Source: Podarcis vaucheri
Taxonomy: Eukaryota
Assembly (NCBI GenBank): GCA_965113315.1
Contig: OZ220366.1
Length of the DNA: 64,000 nt
Strand: one strand, 5' to 3'
The number at the start of each line of letters is the position of its first letter. Position 1 is the first letter of the stretch. The notes beneath the pieces are model-generated. The model saw nothing but the letters and a program-made list of their open reading frames with translations, did not search any database and was not told where the DNA came from. Shown in pieces: positions 14,299-27,401 of this stretch. A program made the translations under genes and the position numbers.

Positions 14299-15697
14299 TA
14301 TTTGCTCTAGTCCCACCACAGGCACAGCTCCCGAAAGTGAAGGACTTACAGACTGGTGCTTTGAAAGACCAGTAACTTTATTAGACGTGGTATTGGGGAC
14401 CAAATCAGCTCTATTGCACCTGTGGGACTATTTCTATCCACAAGGCTTGTACCCACAGAGACACAATACTTGAGCTGTAGAGTTTAGAGGGTCATTCTGA
14501 CTGGAATGTACGTGTGTATATTTAATGTATATAAAGTGTTAAAGGATAGAAGGGGTGGGTTGCCTTTATCCTGCTCATGGTATATTTATCGCAAACTGCA
14601 ATAATATTTTTTAAATGATGCAAGGGAGAATTCCCCCCCTAAAAACCAGAATGCCAGTTATCACATTTTGTCCAAAAGTGACCTTATATATAGTGTATAT
14701 AGTTGACATTTCTCTGTGCTATTGGATTAAAAATACTTCAAAATAGTATCAGCAGTTTTATTTTCGTTACACGAGATGTATTGCTTTGTTTTCCAAATAT
14801 CAATTCAAACCTTCATTATATAAAGGTAGCTTTAAGCTACCTTGTGGTGCCAAGCCATTACAAGGAAACTTGCATGATAAATACAAGATCACAGTATTTA
14901 AGAAAAAACACAGTCACCCTAAATTGTAAAGGACAGCAGCAGACAAAAACAATAGAACAGACAATGCTTTGCATTTGGGGGTGAGGGGGGCAAGAATGTG
15001 GTAAAGGCCTCCTGGGTTTTGTTCACAACACCGGTACAGAATTGTAAGTATGAAGGAGCATTAAAAACATAGGCCCCACATACTGATCTATGGGAGGTGC
15101 TGCCCAGATGTTATTAATTGATCAATGAAGCAAACTGAACCATGTGGTAGTTTTCCATCCAGTTGTTGCCTGGCTAGAAAGGAAGGCAAATGATAAAGTG
15201 TGCGAGAACCACAATTGTTTCAGTCTCTCACCTCCCATGGTGCAAGCTCACACAATAGGCAAATGCAAAAGACACAACCCACAGTGGATGCCTTAGCCTA
15301 CCAAACAAGGAGGAAGCGTCACAGTAAGTAACAATGTTCCATTCTTACTTATTGTGGTGCAATACTGTTATCACATTTTTATGTGTGTCTGGTTCTTCTC
15401 AATTTATACACCTTGAATAGTTACACCCAGGTAACTCTGTATCATTTGGCTTGGGCAGATAGTTATAAAGTGGCTTCTGCTCTTTTGTGCTTTTACTGTT
15501 GCTTTTTCATGCAACTAATTACATGATGCATCCTTTATGAGATGCAGTGCAGTAGGTTGGCTTTTTCTGTACAACAAAGCACACTTTCACCCCAAAAAGG
15601 GCCAATGCTTTTATGTTTGCAGCCCATGGCACTATCCACAATTTGGGGTGTCACTGGCTTTCGTATGGCAAGACCAGGCCTCCTTACTTTAGGTGTA

Positions 15698-15836
15698 CAG
15701 TGGTACCTCGGTTTAAGAACAGCCCTGTTTACGAACGATTTGGTTTAGTCTTAAGAATGGAAGCCGACCAGTGGGAGGCCTCGGTTTAAGAACGGACTTC
15801 TGGAACGGATTAAGTTCGTAAACTGAGGTACCACTG
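15698..15836. mobile_element. Tigger-like MITE, in the probable RIOX2 3' UTR
   Basis: TA-CAGTGGTACCTCGGTTTA ... TAAACTGAGGTACCACTG-TA. Confidence 0.85.
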
Positions 15837-16217
15837 TACTTATGTCACTGCTGAAACCAAGAAAAGCATGAACCATTCATTCCTACTTTGCACCAGGGAT
15901 GCTTATCTCCCACTGCCTTGGGAGTCCAACAACACCTTGAAAGCCACAGCTTCCCCATTTACCCTTCTCTCTTTGTTATTTTTATGTTCAACAAACCTAG
16001 TAGCACCCTTACTCCTTATGCATACAAAAACTATGTAAAAAGCCTTTGTATGCCTGAGGTAATGTTTTGCTGTTTCTGTGCAATGGCAGATTTAAGCACT
16101 TTTAACTTTGGCTGGCTGGTGCCTTAGTTCCCTTCTATTTTAATTTAAGGGCACACTTGATTCTCCCAGCAACATCTAAGAGACCTATGAGTACTTAACT
16201 TTGACTGGATCATGCCT

Positions 16218-16376
<159 letters not shown>

Positions 16377-16883
16377 CTATAAAGAAAGATAGCGTGTGTG
16401 TTATTAACGCTATATTAAACTAAACATTTGACACATTTCATGCTCACCAATATGAATAATATATCCTGGGCCGTTAGTTACTGCTGTTATGCAGATGAAC
16501 ACAGTTACTATAAATCTATCAACACATGTTTCTATATTACATTGACTAGGCTAGCTAAATGCAACCTCCAGGCACACAGGCAATATATGCTGAATATCAG
16601 TTACCACCTTCATACTACACCTGTGGGTTTTTGGAGATCTGGCTGGTTACAATTGGGACAAAGTAATGGAGTAAATGGGTCCTTGGTCTGACCCAGCAGC
16701 GTTCTCATATTGCCAACAAAATGTACACAGCTTTTAAAACCGACAAACCCAAACAGCAGTCTGGCAAAAACTTAACGTACTGCTGACCAGCACCAGGTGT
16801 GGAGAGGGGCTAGAAGAGACAGATCTGGAAATAAGGAATTTCCACATGGACTTCATCAATAACTGACCTAACAAGCAGAATTA

Positions 16884-16997
<114 letters not shown>

Positions 16998-17347
16998 CTA
17001 AAAAACAAGAGAAAAACATAATACATTGTATTTATCAATCAACATCAAAGCACTTGCAAAACCCTTGCTCCATTTTACCATAACTTTAGAAGCCTCACCT
17101 TTCTTATTTTTTAGCAGTAGTAATTAGGAAACTCCTTAGCTAAGGCCAGCACCTGGTTATATTTCAAAGGCTTTCTTTGAAACACTAATGAAACACTAGC
17201 ACTTTCCCTTTACAAAACAGAACTGAATTGCTATAATGTCAGAGCAAATCCCAGTCACATGCTGTGGGATTTGAGCAGCCTAAAAATAACATACACCCAA
17301 TTCCTCACTGAAAAGCAAGTCTCTACAAGCACTTCCTCTGTACTCAC

Positions 17348-17430
17348 CAAAAGGTCTGGTTCCACTGTAATTACTGTGTAGTCTTTAAACCGTAACCTGA
17401 TTGTACTGTCTATTTTTGGTAGTGCTCCAC
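17348..17430 (-). CDS. RIOX2: RIOX2 exon 8 (GGALPKIDSTIRLRFKDYTVITVEPDLL)
   Basis: ctAG acceptor, GTGAGT donor, 83 nt, phase 1 to 0. Confidence 0.9.
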
Positions 17431-17808
17431 CTAGACAAGGAAGAATAGCAATATTAGTTAAGTGAGAGGAGCAGCAAGCTAGCCTGTGCTGCTTACATCT
17501 CTCTTGACTAAGAGCAGGTGCAGAAGTTAATGCAGTTGGCTAATTCTTTTAAATATCTCCTTAGTTCAGTCAGCTTGTATGTACAGTATAACAGCTGAAG
17601 CAGAGTCATGGAAGATCACATGCTATTTTCCTAATTAGAAAAAAAATGCAAAATGCCATCTATCACTGACGTAGCTGCTGCAGTATAATCTAGGTCCCTC
17701 TTAAGATGCTAATTGAAATATCAAAAAAAGGAAAGAAGGGAAGGGAATCTTCAGAAATGTAACATCTGTACAGGCTCTCTGAACCAATCCAAACATTACA
17801 CTAATCTA

Positions 17809-18105
<297 letters not shown>

Positions 18106-18883
18106 CTAAAGAAAAAGACCAAAAAGAATTTATGCTAGTAGTTAGAAACACGATCCTAATTTACTTGAGAATGCAATCCAAAGATCTCCAGGCATTACAG
18201 ATGTTGGCTCCCAACCTTATTTTGGTCATTATAAGCTGTTTTAAACAGTTTTTAATATTGTGCAATATTGTGTTTTAATATTAATGTTGTGCTTTATTGT
18301 TGCAACCCAGCCTGGGACCTTAGGGTGAAGGGCAAATAACAAATTCTAATCATCATCACCTGCTGTGCTGGGACAGAATTGCAAAGGCAAGATTTTTTGA
18401 ACAAACAAGTGTTCAGTTTAACTCTTCTTCCTGTAGCCAGTTATGGGAAGGCAGCAGTGGCTAAGTTACATAGACTCAAATGCCACATTATGAAAACATA
18501 AAATTTGGTATTAATTTGGATTTAGTGTTCTTCTTTGAAAGCTACTGGGTCAAGCTACAGATGGCAACTTGAAGGCTAGCAATTAGCTCTCTTTATTACA
18601 AGACCCATAACAAAACTCTGCAGTTTTGCCTACACTTGCTGGGACTATTATAGGTGCCAGGGAGCAGCTTGAGCACTGTTTGGTTTAAAAAGCTTTCTGG
18701 CTTAGTTTTGCAAACAAATGTGACCGCGCAGTAAAGAAGATCTGCTGCTAAGAAACAAGGCTGACCTCTTCCAGCATTATGAAACTACTAGTGGAGATTA
18801 TGGGAGTTACTCTGTGTTTAAAATGGTGGCTATGCACTTTTCCTCTGACAGCAAGCACACACTGCTGTTCATTTTCTTTATCA

Positions 18884-19039
<156 letters not shown>

Positions 19040-19453
19040 TTAATGCCATGCCAGTTAATTCAGAGCAATGTTTCTTGCTGAGGATAAAGAGAAAGCAAAA
19101 CTGGTTTTGAATGTCAAGGGCTCATCCAGCACATCCTATTAACCCACATGGACTGAAACTGAGAAAGTTTAGGAAAAATACTATCATATGTGTACTCATA
19201 TCCTAGGTGATCAGGAAATATAGTCTAATTCTTTAAGGGCATCCTAAGGAAGCATAGGTCATTGACAGGCTGCTAGCTACAAGAGCCTGAAAGATGTCCC
19301 ACTTGCATTGCTTAGGATAGTGTAACACAGCTTCAGTGTGGTCTGTACAGAAAAAGCAGGTAGGTGAGAAACAGCATAGAAAAGTCTAATGGATTAAATT
19401 GTCCACCTCAACAGAGGTAAATAGGTAGGTGGGTAAATAAATAAATAAACAAA

Positions 19454-19618
19454 CCATATTTTTCTGTCTATAAGGCACCCCATGTATAAGACGCCCCTAT
19501 TTTGGGGGACTCCAATTTAAGAAAATAGGGGGAGATGGCCCCCATGTATAAGACATACCCAAATTTTGGACATTATATTTTAGGGGGGAAACCTAGTCTT
19601 ATATACGGAAAAATATGG
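19454..19618. mobile_element. Older Tc2/pogo-like MITE (CCRTATTTT TIR)
   Basis: ccatatttttctgtctataag ... cttatatacggaaaaatatgg inverted ends. Confidence 0.65.
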
Positions 19619-19619
19619 C

Positions 19620-20600
19620 ATTTATTATCCCACCCCTTTTCCCCTGGTGGCACTCAAGGCCGCTTACAGATAAACATAAGAACTGCTAAAAACATAGAAA
19701 AATAATCCCTGAAATACAGTTAAATATTGATAGAATTAAAAACTATATAACATCTGTTTAAAACATACCAATAATTACAATAAATATAGCATGGGACCAG
19801 CCCTTTCATTAAAAGCAGTCAATTCCCCAAAGCCCAAAGGAGGTATTCACTTGCTGGGGGAAGGACAGTCTAGCTTCTCTAGGGAGGGAGTTCCAGTCTG
19901 GAAGCAGCCACCGAGTCTGCAACAAGTGTGCCTGTGAGGGTGGCAGGATTGAGAGAAGGGCCTCCCCAGGAAGATTCATATGAGGGAATCTGATATTTCA
20001 GATAGCTTGAACCTAAGCCATATTGGGCTTTATAGGTGATAACAAGCACTTTGAATTGTGCGCTGAAACAGGCCAGTAGCCTGTGGAGCTGTTGTAACAA
20101 GGGAGTTGCCTGCTCCCTATAACCAGCCCTGGTCAGCAATCTGGCTGTAGCTCTTTGAGCCAGTTGACGTTTCTGAACACTTTTCAAAGGTGGCCCCCAC
20201 ATAGCATGTTAGAACATGATGTAACTAAGGCTGTGGCCAAATCAGACATCTTTTATGGAACAGGTGCGGCTGGTGCACCAGCTTTAACTGTGCAAATAAG
20301 TGCACTCCTGGCCACCACAGAGACCTGGGCATCCATATTCAGAGCTGAGTCCAGGAGAAAACCCTAACTGAAAACTGTGTTTTGGGGGCAAGTGTTTTGC
20401 CCATCCAGCATGAGCTGAATCTCTGTTCCCTGTTCTGCCTTCTGACTGACCAAGAGCACCTCTGTCTCCTTTGGATTAGGTTTCAATTTGTTCACCCTCA
20501 TCCAGTCCATTAATGATGACAGACACTGGTTCAGAACCTAGAGCGCTTCTTTGGATTTAGGTGGAAAGGAGAAGTGACAAACACCTTAATCCAGGGAATG
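19620..20600 (-). mobile_element. Degenerate L2-like LINE 3' fragment
   Basis: Minus ORF 19879..20202 (QLAQRATARLLT...TPLLQQLHRL...FKVLVITYKA) resembles the L2 RT C-terminus. Confidence 0.7.
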
Positions 20601-20798
20601 TGATCTGATCAAGCCAGCATTATAGTTGGGTACCCCTCCCTGGGATGGGCCATTAATTATTATTATTAATTACCCACCCTTCACCCTAAGGTTCCAGGGC
20701 AGGTTGCAACATCAAAACACATCATAACTCAAGATTAAAAACAGTTTAAAACAACATACAACTACAGAAATAAGGCGGGCCTTAAAAATATACATCTC

Positions 20799-22983
20799 TA
20801 CATGGGATGGGGGTAGGCCAAGGATTTGAGAACGGTATGGGTGCAATATATTCTGAACAAAAGGCAAAGCTAATTGTAAATAATGTGGTTACGGAAGAAT
20901 TTAAAATAGAAAAAGGGACACGACAGGGGTGCCCAATTTCCCCATTACTTTTTATATCAGTCCTGGAGGTTTTGCTAAATATGATTAGAAGGGACCAGCT
21001 GGTTAAAGGGGTACAAGGTCGGAGCTAAACAGTACAAATTGAGGGCCTTTGCAGATGACTTGGTACTTACTTTACAAGAGCCAGACACTAGTACGAAAAG
21101 GGTTTTAGAATTAATTCAAGAATTTGGTCAAGTTGCAGGATTTAAGTTGAACAAACAAAAAACCAAGGTATTGGAGAAAAACTTAACAGTTATTGAAAGG
21201 GAGAGGTTCCAGAATGAAACAGGATTAACTGTGGTTAAGAAGGTGAAATACTTGGGGATTAATATGACATCTAAGAATGTGAATCTATTTAAAGATAATT
21301 ATGAGAAATGCTGGGCAGAAGTAAAAAAAGACCTAGAAATATGGTCAAATTTGAAGCTTTCCTTGTTAGGCCGAATTGCTGTTATTAAGATGAATGTTTT
21401 GCCTAGAATGTTGTTTTTATTCCAAACATTGCAAATTGTGGATAAGATGGATTGTTTCAAGAGGTGGCAGAAAGATATTTCGAAGTTTGTCTGGCAGGGC
21501 AAAAAACCCAGAATAAAACTTAAGATTTTAACTGATGCAAAGGAAAGAGGGGGATTTGCCCTGCCAGACTTAAAACTGTACTATGAATCAGCAGCTTTCT
21601 GCTGGATGAAAGACTGGCTACTTCTTGAGAATACAGACATTTTAGATTTGGAAGGTTTTAACAATGTTTTCGGATGGCATGCATATATGTGGTATGACAA
21701 GGTGAAAGCTCATAAAGCTTTTAAAAATCATATTGTCAGGAAAGCATTATATAATGTTTGGATTAGATATAAAGATTTGTTGGAAAATAAAACCCCAAGG
21801 TGGTTGTCGCCAATGGAGGCAAAAGCCGTGAAAAAGCTTAACATGGAGGCCAAATGGCCAAAATATTGGGAAATTTTGGAACAAGAGGGAGATAAACTGA
21901 AATTACAGAGTTATGAGAAATTGAAGGTTAAAGTACGAGATTGGCTCCATTATTATCAAATAATGGAGGTTTACAAACAGGACAGGAAAATTGGCTTCCA
22001 GGTGGAGAAATCAAAATTAGAAACAGAACTGTTAGAACCCAATACTAAGAATCTGTCAAGAATGTACAACTTGTTGCTGAAATGGAATACACAAGATGAA
22101 ACAGTGAAATCAGCTATGATAAAGTGGGCACAAGACATTGGTCATAACATTATGTTTGCTGACTGGGAACAGTTGTGGACCGCCGGTATAAAATTTACGG
22201 CATGTAATGCCTTAAGAGAGAATATTATGAAAATGATATATAGGTGGTACATGACCCCAGTCAAGCTAGCAAAAATCTACCATTTGTCTGATAATAAGTG
22301 TTGGAAATGTAAAGAAACTGAAGGTACATTCTTTCACCTTTGGTGGACGTGCCCAAAGATTAAGGTCTTCTAGGAAATGATATATAATGAAATGAAAAAG
22401 GTACTTAAATGTACTTTCCCTAAGAAACCAGAAGCCTTTCTCTTGGGCATTGTCGGCCAATTGGTGTCAAAGAAAGATAGAACTTTTTTTATGTATGCTA
22501 CAAAAGCAGCAAGAATACTCATCGCAAAGTATTGGAAGACACAAGACCTACCCACTCTGGAAGAATGGCAGATGAAGGTGATAGACTACATGGGACTGGC
22601 TGAAATGACTGGCAGAATCCGAGACCAGGGGAAAGAGACGGCGGAAGAAGATTGGATGAAATTTAAAATTTATCTTAAGAAATATTGCAAAATTAATGAG
22701 TGCTAAAATGTTGTGGTTATAAAAAATAGGGGATTACAGCTGTAAAAGATTAAGTAAAAGAAAAGAATAAGGAAAAATTAGATAAAATTAAGGGGGAGGA
22801 TTTGCTGAAACAAATTTGGGAATTAGGATGCAGAAAGGGGAGGTACGGGGAAGTCGGCGAAGTAAGTTTTAAGAAAAAAAGGATTCGAAATTATACATGT
22901 TTGTTTTTGTGTGTCTATGTTTGTAATGTGTATTGTGTGTGTTTTTATAATTTGTGAAAATCTAATAAATATTTATAAAAAAT
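20799..22983 (+). mobile_element. 5'-truncated L1-clade LINE (ORF2 RT, C-terminal zinc knuckle, 3' UTR, A-rich tail)
   Basis: GTRQGCPISPLLF and AFADD RT motifs; CWKC...H...C knuckle; AATAAA plus A-rich tail; 15-bp TSD AAAAATATACATCTC at 20784 and 22984; one frameshift near 21020 and one in-frame TAG at 22371. Confidence 0.93.
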
Positions 22984-23051
22984 AAAAATATACATCTCAA
23001 GTGTCAAAAGGCAGGGTAAAGAGGTGTGTCTTAAACATTTGCTGGAAGTTA

Positions 23052-24100
23052 CCGTATTTTTCGCACTATAGGACGCACTTTTTCCCCTCCAAAAATGAAG
23101 GGGAAATGTGTGTGCGTCCTATGGTGCGAATGCAGGCTTTCACTGAAGCCTGGAGAGCCCCACCGCCAGCCCCACAAGCTCGGGGGACAGCGGGAGAGGC
23201 GCAGCGCGCCCTTCCCGCTGTCCCCTGACTTGGTTAGAAGGCTGGCGGGGGGGGGAGCCTGCTCCTCCCCGTCGCCAGCCCCGCAAACTCGGGAGACAGC
23301 GGGAGAGGCGCAGCGCGCCCTTCCCGCTGTCCCCCGACTTGGTTAGAAGGCTGGCGGGGGGAGAAGCCTGCTCCTCCCCGTCGCCAGCCCCGCAAACTCG
23401 GGAGACAGCGGGAGAGGCGCAGCGCGCCCTTCCCGCTGTCCCCCGACTTGGTTAGAAGGCTGGCGGGGGGAGAAGCCTGCTCCTCCCTGTCGCCAGCCCC
23501 GCAAACTCGGGAGACAGCGGCAGGGGCGCAGCGCACCCTTCCCGCTGTCCCCCGACTTGGTTAGAAGGCTGGCGGGGGGAGAAGCCTGCTCCTCCCCGTC
23601 GCCAGCCCCGCAAACTCGGGAGACAGCGGGAGAGGCGCAGCGCGCCCTTCCCGCTGTCCCCCGACTTGGTTAGAAGGCTGGCGGGGGGAGAAGCCTGCTC
23701 CTCCCTGTCGCCAGCCCCGCAAACTCGGGAGACAGCGGCAGGGGCGCAGCGCACCCTTCCCGCTGTCCCCCGACTTGGTTAGAAGGCTGGCCCAGCCCCG
23801 CAAACTCGGGGGACAGCGGGAGAGGCGCAGCGCGCCATCCCGCTGTCTCCCGACATGGTTTGGAGGCTGGCCGAGGGCTTCCTCCTCCCCCAGCCCCGCA
23901 AGCTCCCAGAGCGATGCCAAAGCTGCGCGCAGCTTCGGCATGGCTCTGGGTCCCGTTCTGGGGGAGGGGGAAGCTCGGGCTTCCCCCGCCCCAGCCCCGC
24001 GCCTGGCGGGGGGGGGGAATAAAATTTTTTTGCCTTTATTTCCCCCCCAAATCTCGGTGCGTCCTATGGACCGGTGCGTCCAATAGTGCGAAAAATACGG
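23052..24100. mobile_element. Tc2/pogo-like non-autonomous DNA transposon with internal GC-rich tandem array
   Basis: TIRs CCGTATTTTTCGCACTAT / ATAGTGCGAAAAATACGG, TA on both sides; ends shared with 31739..32505. Confidence 0.88.
23167..23860. repeat. 109-bp GC-rich minisatellite (about 6.5 units) with 218-bp higher-order structure
   Basis: TTGGTTAGAAGG recurs at 23230, 23339, 23448, 23557, 23666, 23775; two unit variants alternate. Confidence 0.92.
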
Positions 24101-24822
24101 TATATAATGAAGGTGACAGGCACACCTCTGTAGGAAAGGAGTTCCACAACTTTGGGTCTGCCAGAGAATGCTCTCTCCTGTCCTTTGTCCTTCTGAAGGA
24201 GGAGGAACTAGCCAGAGGGCTGCCTAGGAGTCTACAACGACCACAGAGTTGCAAATGCCAAATCTCCACAGAAGAAACAAAGAGTTTCGTGACAAGGCCA
24301 GTTAGCACTGTGGCTATTCTACATGACGTTCATGGTACCACAGCATGGAAATCTCTTCCTGAACATATTCAGTACAAACATCCTTTGAAGCGAAGTACCA
24401 TGGGCTTCAAAAACCAGCTGTTCTGCTGCTTCTGGTCCCAACTGTTCTGTTGCTTCTGGTCCCAACTTAACTATAGTTCCATTTGCTGCTGAATCAGTCT
24501 TTGATTATTATTTTTTTAATCACTTTGCTGCCTCCAGCTATGTTTACTACATGAACACAAAACCCCAGCATGAAACCCAGGACCTGACTTCATTATTCCC
24601 CTACTTCTTCACTGCCTCCCATTCTTGTCTCTAAATCCCTGCTTAATGTAGCAGAGATTCTTGTTCCAATTAAGGATTTTGCCTATTGGAAAGACATGAG
24701 GGATGATGGGAGTTGTAGTTCTGCAACATCTGGAGGGCCGAAGGTTCCCCACCCCAGATCTTCTAAGCTAATACTATTTCCCTTAAGAACAAAACAATGA
24801 ATGTTTTATGTTGCTCTATGTC

Positions 24823-24980
24823 AGAGGTGTCCAAACTTTTTCCAAAGAGGGCCAGATTTGATGAAGTGAAGGGCTGGTCAGACCAGCGTCTTTTTAGGAT
24901 TGAAATAAACTGCCACGGGCCAGATTAAACCAACCAACAGGCCAGATTAGGCCCCCGAAACAGACTTTGGTCATGCCTGC
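24823..24980. mobile_element. Degenerate hAT (Charlie-like) MITE
   Basis: cagaggtgtccaaact ... actttggtcatgcctg ends with gggccagat subterminal motifs. Confidence 0.55.
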
Positions 24981-25130
24981 TTTATGTAAACTGGTTAGCT
25001 TGGCTTAATTAAGCGGTATAGAATATAAATCTTCTATAGCTAAAACAAAATAAAAATAGCTTGCCAGATTCATTTAGTTTAAAGTCACTGACAAGAAAAC
25101 TCATACATGAAGAATAAGGCAGAGTGCTTA

Positions 25131-25271
<141 letters not shown>

Positions 25272-25721
25272 TTATTTTGACAGTTTATTAAGCTATGCTG
25301 CTGTGCTTGCAAAATAAAGAAAAATTACTCTCTCAATAACAAAAACACAAACAGCTGAATAGACAATTCTGTCACATTACAGAATTTTCCCCATTTTCAT
25401 GTAGAGCTGTGCTGCAGACATCCAAAATCCTACAGCCAAGCTACATGGACTGTTAGAAACCTACTTTTTTTATAAAAAAGGGGGGGGGAGTGAATAGTAT
25501 TTAAGTTGGCTTACAATGATCAATACTAAAAAGGCAGAACAGCAGGTACTAGGCCAAAGCAGCAGATAAAACACACTGTGCAGCACTAAATAACAAATGC
25601 AGAAAGCTCCAGAAATGCAAAAAACAACAAAGTACAATTAATTCAGACTAAGCAATAAAATAAGAACTATAAGACAGCAGCAAAGCAAACTGAAACAAAG
25701 CAATTGTTTCATTGATAGGTA

Positions 25722-25925
25722 CAGTGGTACCTCGGGTTAAGAACTTAATTCGTTCTGGAGGTCCGTTCTTAACCTGAAACTTTTCTTAACGTGAGATACC
25801 ACTTTAGCTAATGGGGCCTCCCGCTGCTGCTGTTCTCATCCTGAAGCGAAGTTCTTAATCCAAGGTACAATTTCTGGGTTAGCAGAGTCTGCAACCTGAA
25901 GCGTCTGTAACCCGAAGTGCCACTG
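25722..25925. mobile_element. Tigger-like MITE
   Basis: TA-CAGTGGTACCTCGGGTTA ... CCCGAAGTGCCACTG-TA; same family as 32943 and 43216. Confidence 0.85.
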
Positions 25926-26291
25926 TATTAATCCTGGAAGTGTGTAAATTTACACGATATTCACTGCAGTTTACTACAGATGCATGAAGCATTGCCAGCT
26001 GATAGAAGCTCACAATACTACCCAAATTTAAATCAACTTCCAAAATGGGACTGCTAAATAACAAGAACAACACCAGGACACATCTGTGCCCTCTCATTCT
26101 CCTAATAGTGGAAAGGCTTGTATGAAGTGGCGCTGGAAAATGTGACTGAAAGGAGAGGCATAGCGGAATAAGCCATGTCAAACAAGACAACCAATCTCTC
26201 TCTTTAAGACCTAGAGGGGACAGGCAACCTTATTCGCCAACAGCGAGCTAACTATGTCAAGGTCTTAGACATTTTCTTCATCTATAGCTCA

Positions 26292-26507
<216 letters not shown>

Positions 26508-26669
26508 CTAAGTTCACTACGGAATAAATATTTGTTGTGAGTGAGTTCTTTATTCAGAACAGAATACTTGTAAATGTTGAAAGTAGTACTAGGTTTTATT
26601 TCGAACAGAATCCATATGTGATATGTGCACGCATCATCCATGTACTATTGTGGAAGCATGTAATGACTT

Positions 26670-27220
26670 CCACAAAATTAATCACAACACAGAGAAACCA
26701 GTAGGAGAACACTTCAATCTCCCAGGACATTCTATACAAGATCTCAAAGTAGCTGTCTTATTACAAAAGAATTTCAGAAATAGACTGGAAAGAGAAGTTG
26801 CTGAATTGCAACTTATTACCAAACTTAAAACCATGGAGAGACCTGGTCTGAATAGAGACATTGGATTCTTATCTCATTATACATGACTAAGCCATTTCTC
26901 ACCTTCTCACCCCTTGCCTTTTCCTGTAAGACCAATTGCAGTCATTAACAGTAGTCACCAGGTTTACCACACCTATCAGCCGATCACACATTCTGAGTAA
27001 TATTCTGAGTAATACCCCTCCCCACCCTCTCACTATATACAAGGGTCTGGTGACTTCTGTTTCAGTGTATCTGAAGAAGTGTGCATGCACACGAAAGCTT
27101 AGTTGGTCTCTAAGGTGCTACTGGAAGGAAGGACTTTTTATTTTTATTTTTATTTTTAATTTTTTAAATTTTATTTTGTTTCGACTACAGCAGACCAACA
27201 CAGCTACCTACCTGTAACTT
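26670..27220 (+). mobile_element. Penelope-like element 3' fragment (GIY-YIG endonuclease C-terminus plus pLTR)
   Basis: NHNTEKPVGEHFNLPGHSIQDLKV...REVAELQLITKLKT...GLNRD matches the PLE GIY-YIG end (HF...H...E...I...GLN); followed by a hammerhead core. Confidence 0.85.
27065..27102 (+). ncRNA. Penelope-associated minimal hammerhead ribozyme core, probably damaged
   Basis: CTGAAGA (27071-77), stem II GTGTGC-AT-GCACAC, GAAA (27093-96), palindromic AGCT; the 3' strand of stem I (ATAC) is absent. Confidence 0.65.
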
Positions 27221-27227
27221 AATTTTA

Positions 27228-27401
<174 letters not shown>

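Noticed and set aside
21039-22706. 444-aa and 109-aa ORFs as a host or domesticated gene
   Set aside because: They are L1 ORF2 pieces with a frameshift, a premature stop, an A-rich tail and a TSD.
23167-23860. CRISPR-like or protein-coding repeat array (several overlapping 83-210 aa ORFs)
   Set aside because: No unique spacers, vertebrate context and no cas genes. The ORFs arise because GC-rich tandem repeats lack stop codons, and the array lies within TIRs.
24416-24470. 24-bp tandem duplication (ctgttctgctgcttctggtcccaa x2)
   Set aside because: An ordinary local slippage duplication with no further structure.
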